Positions 54,525-64,000 of a DNA stretch of 64,000 nucleotides are shown piece after piece. Each line of letters begins with the position of its first letter. Positions within the stretch are counted from its first letter, which is position 1. A program made the position numbers and the translations under genes. Under the pieces are notes generated by a model. It made no database searches. It was given only the letters and a program-made list of their open reading frames with translations, and was not told where the DNA came from. Origin of the DNA: Octopus vulgaris (taxonomy: Eukaryota); contig OX597831.1 in assembly GCA_951406725.2 (NCBI GenBank), positions 69,812,001-69,876,000 on the forward strand. The letters run 5' to 3'.

Positions 54525-54884
54525 TGTACATTTTTTCTATTAAACGTATTGAATAATTTTTGTATATCGACTTGCTTAACTTGCTTGTCCTTACATTTAC
54601 TCCAAATATGCATGCATGCACATAACATCTATACCTACATACTCACACAGTCACTCACAAGAAGACTATTCAAATATCCTTGTCATTTCAATAGCACAAG
54701 GCACTTATTGTTATGAGATCTACTAAATTATTTTTAAAAACTCTTTGACTGTCACAAAGCATTCACTAGAGAGAGATTTGATATTCCTTGATTGCTTTCA
54801 TGTACATCTTGGTGGCATCATAAGTAAATCATCAAGAAAATCTTTCTCACATATGGCATATATGGATTAACAAATAACTTAGAC

Positions 54885-55103
54885 CAGTTCTTTTCAACAT
54901 TTTTACTGGTACGGAACCCCAAGGAAACATTCCACTGGCTCAAGGAACCCCTGTGCAATAATTTAATTGTCTTATGCACACATATCTGCACAGGAGAATT
55001 AAAAATTACTGCCGATTTTAGCAGTTTTGTAACTTCTTGCAGAACCCCTGGACTGTACTGGCGGAACCCTAAGGTTCTGCGGAACCCTGGTTGAAAACCA
55101 CTG
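54885..55103. mobile_element. hAT (Charlie-like) MITE
   Basis: TIRs CAGTTCTTTTCAAC / GTTGAAAACCACTG; perfect 8-bp TSD ACTTAGAC; subterminal ggaaccc repeats. Confidence 0.92.
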
Positions 55104-56654
55104 ACTTAGACTATAAAGTGAGGCAGGAGGAGGAGGAGGAGAAGAGGGAGGAGGAGGAGAAGAGGGAGGAGGATTTGTATTGACGATTGAATTATTTAAA
55201 TGCTATGATGATCATGGAAGTGATAATCAGGAGAAAAAGAAGAGAAGTTTTGAAAAGGAGAAAGAAGAGTTAATAATTTTTGCTTCTTAATGTTGAGGAG
55301 AATTCATTTTTAAAAAATTATTATGTTTTATAATTTCGTTTGTGCAGCTACAATGAAACAATTGCAGTACTTTTATGGCCTCCAGTGCCTGTAACTAATG
55401 GCCACCAAAAGTTTGAGCAGTAGCTTGTAATCAAACATGACAAACAGAAAAGGCTGACCTTTAGACATGCATTTTAAGAGGAAACATTTGTTTTAGAAAC
55501 AAATGTAACTTTCATTGAAAAACATTGTTGATGGGAAGAATGGAAAGTTTGTCTCTGTGAAACATTTCAAAGAAATGAAATGATTTAACAGTGATTGATT
55601 TTCTATAAAGGAACAACTCTTCAAGATTCTGGCTTTATTTCATATTTTAAGCATAAAAAAGTCAATAAAAAGTATTTCTCTGGCTGTTAGAAAGCATATT
55701 CAATATCCATCAGTTAAATATGGCTGAATGAAATTGTTTGCAAAAGAAAAGGAAATTCTTTGACAGTAGATGCTGACTTGTCAGTTTTCCAGAGAAACAG
55801 ATGGGATTTCAATTTAACTCTCTTCTTTCAGTAAATAGAAGACGTATACAAATGCAGGATACATTACCATATAATCAGAGAGTGTGTTGTTCAGATAATT
55901 CTATATTTTATCTCTCTTATATTATATTTTCTGTACTGTTTGTAGATACAGGATATTGTCGTATAACACAGTACTTTATTTTCAAAAAACAGTTTAGATT
56001 TACGTTCATCATCTTAAAATTGTTTTTACATTATATATATTTATAAAACATCACTATACATGATTTTCTAGATAACACACACACACAACACACACGCACA
56101 CAATACACACACACACACACTGTCTGAAATAAAAATTCAAAATATGCTGCCAAAACTTACTTTCACTATTATTTTTTGTTAATATTTTCTATGCTTTCTG
56201 TTGATACATTATACTGTCATTCAAAGGCATAGGTTTTGCTGTACAAAAGAATGATATTCGTATTTACTATAATAATTACACTGGAACATTTCACTATTTG
56301 CAATATGCTACCCCGAATGTATTTAAAATGTGAAACGTGCCTAACTTGAACTTTACATGAACTACGGGTAACTGAGTTCAATTCTTTTTTCAGTTAAAAT
56401 ATCAATAAATGTATTTTATCAATCAATCGATTTCGAGATTGTGTATTCCACAAATTGTAAAGAATCATTAATGACTTTGTAATTGCTGTTCTATGAATAA
56501 TTACTTCCTAATGAACGAATGCAAACTGTATATATAAAACAATATATTTCGTTTCAATTTCTTATAAATTCATATAAAAATAGAATTAAACAAGCATTTA
56601 TTTTCTAAGTATTAATCTGCTTAGAAAAAGGAAGATAATATTTCATATAGACAA

Positions 56655-56870
56655 TGGTTTCAAATTTTCGCACAAGGCCAGTAATTTCAGGGCAGGGGAT
56701 AAATTGATTACTTCGACAGTAGTGCTGTACTGGACCCTTTTTTATTGGCCCTGAAAGGATAAAAGATAAAGTTGGCCTCATCAGGATTTGAACACAAAAT
56801 GTAAAGACGGACAAAATGCTGCTAAGTATCTTGCCTTGTGTGCTAGTGATTCTGCCAGCTTGCTACCTTC
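56655..56870 (-). mobile_element. SINE family B (older copy)
   Basis: Reverse complement of the aaggtagcaagctggcagaa head and family core. Confidence 0.75.
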
Positions 56871-56879
56871 ATATTTTAT

Positions 56880-57049
56880 ATAGATATTGATAATTTTACA
56901 TTATTTACATTGTTTACATTTGACGGATATTTGTTCTCAACTTCTTGTTTGTTGTTAAAACAACGTTTCGGCTGATATACCCTCCAGCCTTCATCAGGTG
57001 TCTTGGGGAAATTTCGAACCTGGGTTCTCATTCCTAAGGTATTTTTCAA

Positions 57050-57100
<51 letters not shown>

Positions 57101-57137
57101 CATCATCATTATTATTATTATTATTATCATTATTATA

Positions 57138-57171
<34 letters not shown>

Positions 57172-57445
57172 TCACTATCCGGAATCGAACTCAGAATCTT
57201 GGGGCTACTAACCCCAAGATTCTGATTTCAATTCCAGGCAATGACCTGAATAATAATAACATCGAAAAATACCTTAGGAATGAGAACCCAGTTTCAAAAT
57301 CTCTCCAAGACACCTGATGAAGACTGGAGGATATATCACCCGAAGCGTTGTGTTAGCAACAAACAAGATGAGGACAAACATCTGTCAAATGTAAACAATG
57401 TAAATAACGTACGTAATTCCTCATCTCTTAGATATAGAACTGTAT
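56880..57445. mobile_element. Palindromic non-coding element: tRNA 3' half + (AAT)n + HHR-bearing pLTR in each arm
   Basis: Arms mirror about 57205-57211. B-box GAGTTCGATTCC (minus, 57181-57192); HHR cores at 56991-56997 (-) and 57314-57320 (+). Confidence 0.85.
56957..57002 (-). ncRNA. Type I hammerhead ribozyme with canonical core
   Basis: GACAC-CTGATGA-A-GGCTG-gagggtatat-CAGCC-GAAA-CGTT-GTTTT. Confidence 0.82.
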
Positions 57446-58345
57446 TGATCATTTTCATTGTACAAGGACATAATATTAGTTAATTGCAAGATTCTTTTCT
57501 CAGATGTTCTATGACATATCATCAGTAATGTTATTAAGTTTGCAATAGTGTGTGTGTGGGGGGGGGCTTAGAATAAATGGTTTTTAACAATTCAACATTT
57601 TCCCAAAATGCTACCTTGAGAGATTGAACCTGCAGCTGCACATACTTGTCTAGCATTTCCTTTTTATCAATTCTGAATGTATGAAAGATAAAGTGAGGTT
57701 GCTGGACTTTGAACACAAAATATAAAGCCATATATAATGAGGTACTCTACCAATTCTACAGTCCACTGTATATAATAAAATGTTAAACACAATTGAATTA
57801 TTTTTATTTAAATCATATCATTTAGGAAACCAAATTCAACAATTTAAATTTTTTAAAAGTAAAATTTTAATTTGAATACTTTGTTTTTAATATGAAAAAA
57901 CATTTATGTAAATGAAGATTTAATTTTTTGTGTAATGTCCTGATTTAGTTTTTCTTTTTTTTTCTACATCCCAAATCAATACACATAATCTGTCTACTAT
58001 TCCTTACCAAATTTGGTCTTGTATTATTTCCTTATTAAAATAAGTTTCAGGAATATATATATACTGGGCATTTGCCAATTCAAGAATTTCTGATGTGAAT
58101 ATATCTCTTACTTTGAAGTACCACAGTTCCACATTCTAAATTCTCTTAGACAGTAAATGTCAGAATTATGTGACTAAAGAGAAGCATAACATTTGGTTTG
58201 TTCTTAAATGAGTAGCGTTTATGGCAGCACACTGTCACTGTTCTCAGTATAATGATAGCCTAGGACTTGACCACGTTGCTCTCTGATTATTATGAGTATT
58301 ATGATATATCATTAGTATATGATGATAGCCTAATGGGACATCGAT

Positions 58346-58376
<31 letters not shown>

Positions 58377-59489
58377 TACCTTCTGTTAAAAATCAATGTT
58401 AATGTTGTCAGTTAGTCTGAACTAAAGGAACACAAACCCTCATGATGAACTGAAGTGTGTTTTTGTAGGGCAACTAACAGTGAAGCAAAAAAAGAGGATA
58501 AAGAAAGAGAAGGAAGTAACAAGGACAGAAGAATAAAGGGAGCAGAAGGGAAAGTTGTTATTCAGTTATTTCCCTAACAGCTATTGAGAATATAAATATT
58601 CCTCTTAATGTTCAAAAGCAAATTCACTTATACGACTTGGGTTGGCCTGAAGTGATGACAAAAGACTCTTACCCAAAATGCTACCCAAGGTTGTGTAATT
58701 GCAAAGTGAACTTCTTAACCAGTTGGTTAAGCTGCATCCACATAAACTGATAACCATAACCTAAATGTGTTATCTGAAAAATAATATAACTGCCTCAGTA
58801 ATTATCAAGCACAATAAATAATTTAATTCTATAACTAACTTTACTGTTGTTGTTTTCGTTTAGCTTCAGATTAAGATTGTTTAGTGAAATTTGGAGCAGA
58901 TTTGGCTGCTTTGTTTAGCAGGTTCAATGACCATCCAAAGGCACCTTTGTTGGTTTGTTTAGCATTAATATTGTTTTCACAGGTAAGGAACTTTTCTGTA
59001 CTTATTATGTGCATCCTCTCAAACTGATGACTAACACTTCAAGTTAATGCAATTAGATCCTAGTGTAATACACAACCATTATACATAAACGAAGTAGTCC
59101 TCAAACATTTGGTTAACCTCCATCAGTCATCAATAAGATACGATATGCGGAAATTGAAAAGCAAAGTAAAGAGGGCTGATTATGCCTAATGATAATGGTG
59201 TATAATCAGAAAGATATTTCCTTTATTTCCGTTAATATTACAAATGCATGAAGAGTGAAGATGGCTAAAATTACTGCATTACAGTATTTAGCTTTGTCTT
59301 GCTTGATTTCTATGTTCAAATCCTGTTGAGACCAATTTTTCCTTTTGTCATGCTAGAATCAATAAGAATTAGCATTTATGTTATTGTTGGTGCAAAAATG
59401 CATACCTCTCCTGCTCAAGAAGAGAGCTTCCCCATTGTAATTAAACATCATGAATCATTCTTTCCATGGTTCGTCAACATTTAGCATGT

Positions 59490-59723
59490 GCTCTTTACTC
59501 TCTCTTTTACTCTTTTACTTGTTTCAGTCATTTGACTGTGGCCATGCTGGAGCACCGCCTTTAGTCGAGCAAATCGACCCTGGGACTTATTCTTTGTAAG
59601 CCCAGTACTTATTCTATCGGTCTCTTTTGCCGAACTGCTAAGTGACAGGGACGTAAACACACCAGCATCGGTTGTCAAGCAATGCTAGGGGGACAAACAC
59701 AGACACACAAACACACACACACC

Positions 59724-59765
<42 letters not shown>

Positions 59766-59931
59766 TACGACAGGCTTCTTTCAGTTTCCGTCTACCAAAT
59801 CCACTCACAAGGCATTGGTCGGCCCGGGGCTATAGCAGAAGACACTTGCCCAAGATGCCACATAGTGGGACTGAACCCGGTACCATGTGGTTGGTAAGCA
59901 AGCTACTTACACACAGCCACTCCTGCACCTA
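59490..59931 (-). mobile_element. SINE family A
   Basis: Full-length match. Confidence 0.92.
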
Positions 59932-60510
59932 TATGTGCGGATAGTTTTGCCTTCCAATTCTGAATTAAGGAAAATTTTATTGAGTTAAAATCATTATAAT
60001 ATTCAGAAATATTATTAGCAAATCAATTAGCAGAAAATTCTTTTGACTATAAGCCTTATAAATATCACATCAATGTTGCATTGGGTGATTCTTATAAAGC
60101 AAATTGCTCAACACACAATACTGAACCAACAATAAAAGTAGAAGACTGAGAACTTTCTGCCCATGGTTCTGTTGAAACCAAACTAATATTTCCTTTTATG
60201 AAGACCCCTGGAGTTGTTAGATAATCAAATGGATGTATTAGTCAACACCCAACCAAGAGATCAACAATTCACACTTTAGGAGTGACTGTGACTTGTATCC
60301 TTGAACAAGTTACCAAACAATCAAAAGATCAATTACCTGGAAGTAAGTATGAAGGCACAGAACTCCTTGCTGCTGCAAACATGTTTTGTTAGTTTCAACT
60401 TCTGTGGATGTAGCCAGAAAAAAATTGAATCTCATTGGGCTAAGCAACCGTAGCTGTTCCTCCATTTATAAATATTTCTGTTGATGAAAAGTCAAATAAT
60501 TGATTCAGTT

Positions 60511-60733
60511 CTCTCTTTTTTACTCTTTACTTTTTTACTTGTTTCAGTCATTTGACTGTGGTCATGCTGGAGCACCGCCTTTAGTCGAGCAAATCGCCTC
60601 CAGGACTTATTCTTAGTAAGCCTAGTACTTAATCTATCGGTCTCTTTTGCTGAACTGCTAAGTTATGGGGACGTAGACACACCAGCATCGGTTGTCAAAC
60701 AATGTTGGGGGAGACAAACACAGACACACAAAC

Positions 60734-60785
<52 letters not shown>

Positions 60786-60942
60786 CGGGCTTCTTTCAGT
60801 TTCCGTCCACCAAATCCACTCACAAGGCATTGGTCGACCCGAGGCTATAGTAAAAGACACTTGCCCAAGATGCCACGCAGTGGGACTGAACCCGAAACCA
60901 TGTGGTTGGTAAGCAAGCTACTTACCACACAGTCACTCCTGC
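60511..60942 (-). mobile_element. SINE family A
   Basis: Full-length match. Confidence 0.92.
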
Positions 60943-61372
60943 TGACTCAACAAAAGAAAGATTAAAGAAAGAAAGAAAGCAAATGAATAACCACGTTACA
61001 CCTGACCTAATGATCGAGTGGTCCTGTGAATAGAATGGCATTGAATGCGTCGGATTTTAAAAAGCAGCATATCTCAAGATTTAATTTTTCCATTTTTTTA
61101 ACATTGAAATTGAGTTATGATAATGATTCTTGATACCTTGCTGTTGGAACATTCTAGTATTTGACTAGTAATCAAGAATTTGACTAACTACTTCAGGAGA
61201 ATTATTAGTGAATTAGACATAATGTAATATTTAGTTATTGCCCTTTATCTCACAAGGTTAATTTAGATTGTCATCTTTCCAAGGTCCAGGGTTGATAAAG
61301 TACCTGTCTGGGACTTGCTTACTTCTTACTTCTAGATGTAAATGAAATTACATTAAAAGTATTACCTTTATA

Positions 61373-62659
61373 TCAAGCTGAGTAAAAAGTAAGCAACGTT
61401 TTGAAACATGAAATTCATCACAATATATTTCAACAATGCAGAAATTTTATTCTTCAAAGTAAGTACCATTATAATCAACTCATTTTTGTCAATGAGTTAC
61501 AAGTTTGTTTATTCTGGTAACATAAAAATTTGGTATTCTGGAGCTGATGAACTCTTTGAACACACTTTCAATATCAGTTTGATTTTTGAACTCCTCTTGC
61601 AAGAAACCATCAAGGTGCTTGAAAAAGTGGTGGTCGGTAGGAGAAAGGTCTAGGAAATAAGATGAGTAGGGAAGAACTTCATAGCCAAGTTCTCTCAACT
61701 TCTGGAGCGTCATTTGCGAAATGTATGGTCAAGCATTGTCATGAAGAATGATTGACCCTCTTCTGTTGACCAGTCTGGGATGGAAGAGTTGCAGTTTTTC
61801 ATTTATTTTTGGCAATTTCATGGTAATATGTTCCTGCAGTAATGGTTTTTCTGGGTTTTGAGAAGTTATAATGGATGAGTCCAGCAGTACACTACCAAAC
61901 AGCTACCATAATCTTCTTTTTGAAGAGCATGGGTTTAGCGAAAGCTTTTGGTGCTTCATTTTGGTCCAACCACTGTGAAGAACATTTTTATTATTGTACA
62001 GAATCCACTTTTCATTGCAAGTTACAATATAGGTGAGAAATGGATCGGTCTGGTTACAGAGAAGAAACAACAAGCGAATTTCATATCTGCACGTTTTCTG
62101 ATTTTCATTCAAATCGTGTGGTACCCATTTGTCAAGCTTTTTTGATTTTCCAATCACATACAAATGGTTGCAGACAGTTTTCTGGCTAACTTGCAGTTCT
62201 TTTGTCAGTTCTTGAGTGGTTTTACATGGATATTTCTCAATGATGGTCTTTAATTGATCATTATTGATGACAGATGGGCGTTCATTATGCTTACGATCTT
62301 CAAAGCCCAGATCTCCACTGCAAAATCGTTTAAACCATTTTCGAGCTGACCACTCACTGGTCATTTCCTCACCTAACATTTTGTTGATATCGCAAGTAGT
62401 TTCAGCTGCTTTACATCCTTTTTTGAAGTTCAATAGCAAAATTACTCAAATATCACACTTTGACAGTTCCAATTCAGATGACTGTAACAACGGTGAAAAA
62501 ATATCAATATTAATTTATTGATGCATTTGGGTAGGTCTATATCTGTATTATCAGACAAGTTTTTTAAAATGTTTATAAAAAAAAAAATTCAAAAGTCTGC
62601 AAAACTCTGGTACAAATTCTTCATGGTTCAAAATGTTGCTTACTTTTAACTCAACCTGA
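61373..62659 (-). mobile_element. Full-length mariner (DD34D) with pseudogenised transposase
   Basis: ~33-bp TIRs (tcaagctgagtaaaaagtaagcaacgttttgaa / ttcaaaatgttgcttacttttaactcaacctga) with TA TSDs; WVPHDL, TCNEKW, HDNA-x-LSPTD with 34 residues between the aspartates. Confidence 0.95.
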
Positions 62660-62959
62660 TATTACATTTCACTTGCAGCTTCTGGAAAAATAAAAGACAA
62701 AGCAGTCTGTGATTTTGGTTTTAAGCACAAAAGGCATAATTAGATATTGCAGAATTTGTGTGGTGCTCAAGTGATTCAGCTGTCTGTTAATAACTGATAT
62801 GTAAATTGTTCTTTGCATGTTAGCAATAATGATTTCTCATAATGGTGTGAAGGAATGCACCAGTGACCAACTACAGAACTCAATGGTAATGGTTGTATTT
62901 TTTTTATTTATTACATATTCTGAATTCAAATCCTCATCTCCACTATGTTTCTTCAGAAC

Positions 62960-62977
62960 AATACACACACACACACA

Positions 62978-63019
<42 letters not shown>

Positions 63020-63140
63020 CACACACACACACACACACACACACACAGGCACATACACACACGCACATATACACACACACAGACACACACACATGCACAC
63101 ACACACACAGACACACACACATGCACACACACACACACAT
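62960..63140. repeat. (CA)n-rich microsatellite
   Basis: Directly visible; one of many similar tracts. Confidence 0.95.
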
Positions 63141-63497
63141 GGGTGCATATGTATATCGAATGTTGCCAAACACAATACACTTCCTCACATTGCTGTTGTT
63201 TACAGATGATGCCAGCCTGCTGCTGGCTAGGCAGCAGCCAGGTCAACGTTTTCCCTGAACAGAATCCCAGTCCATTGCAGTGTTACCCATTTACAACTTA
63301 ATGGACTGAAACAAAGTGACATGAAGTGCCTTTTCTCAAGAACACAATGCACCACCAGTCTGTGGTTTTGATTGTGGAATCAAAACCACAATCTTGTGAT
63401 TGTAAGCATAACACACTAAACCATACACTAAACCATAACACTAAACCATACACCCTCGCACACTCACACCTGTTTATAAATGTAATATATTTATATT

Positions 63498-63800
63498 TTG
63501 TTGTTGTTGTTCCTTCTCTAGCAACGCCTGGCTCATAAGGGTCGGTTTCCCGGTTTCTTGGCGTATAGATTCCCCACCTGAACAGGACGCTGGTCCGTCG
63601 CAACTGAGCTGCGAGATGCAGGAGGAAAGAGTGAGAGAAAGTTGTGGCGAAAGAGTCAGCAGAAGTTTCGCCATTACCTTCTGCCGGAGCTGCGTGGAGC
63701 TTAGGTGTTTCACTCATAAACATCACCCGGTCTGAGATTCGAACCCGCGATCTTTCGACTGTGAGTCCGCTGCTCTAACCACTAGGCCATGTGCCTCCAC
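63498..63800 (-). mobile_element. tRNA-derived SINE with V-domain-like segment and (ACA)n tail
   Basis: Head tggcctagtggttagagc...ggttcgaatctc; gcgacggaccagcgtcctgttcagg resembles the V-SINE domain as recalled. Confidence 0.82.
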
Positions 63801-64000
63801 ATTTATATTTATATCAGTTTAAACTATTCTAATTTGGAGCGGTCTCTGCAGCATTATCTTGATTGTCATTTGAAGCAATTTCCCTTTTTATATTAATGTA
63901 CTCGGGAATGATATGAACATTACAACTTCCATTTTCCCATTCTCTTAAAATGTGGTACAAAATTGTGATTAACTATGAAAAACTAATAAATAAATTTTCT

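Noticed and set aside
63725-63800. tRNA gene
   Set aside because: The tRNA-like head runs into a SINE body and tail, and the acceptor stem is imperfect.

Overview
AT-rich, repeat-dominated eukaryotic DNA. The SINE set and microsatellite load resemble an Octopus (coleoid cephalopod) genome; this is an inference, not a database result. No intact host gene can be supported; there are only two weak exon candidates (100-247 and 16219-16314). The window holds about 13 copies of one tRNA/CORE-type SINE, several other SINE families, decayed Tc1/mariner/maT transposons, two MITEs with clean 8-bp TSDs, two non-autonomous Helitrons and RTE-LINE fragments, one with a twin-priming-like inversion. It also holds one young, nearly intact Penelope-like element (PLE; RT + Cys linker + GIY-YIG, 25345-28225, minus strand) and several older PLE relics. 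The main hidden signal is RNA structure: about 16 full or partial hammerhead ribozyme (HHR) motifs from many unrelated families, mostly beside (TA)n tracts and often in fold-back palindromes. The most striking is a palindromic non-coding element at 56880-57445 in which a tRNA-derived 3' half (anticodon arm + B-box) is fused to an HHR-bearing PLE-type terminus and folds back at the anticodon hairpin. It is a candidate PLE-mobilised 'ribozyme SINE'. All structures were read by eye, boundaries are approximate, and nothing was computed or searched.
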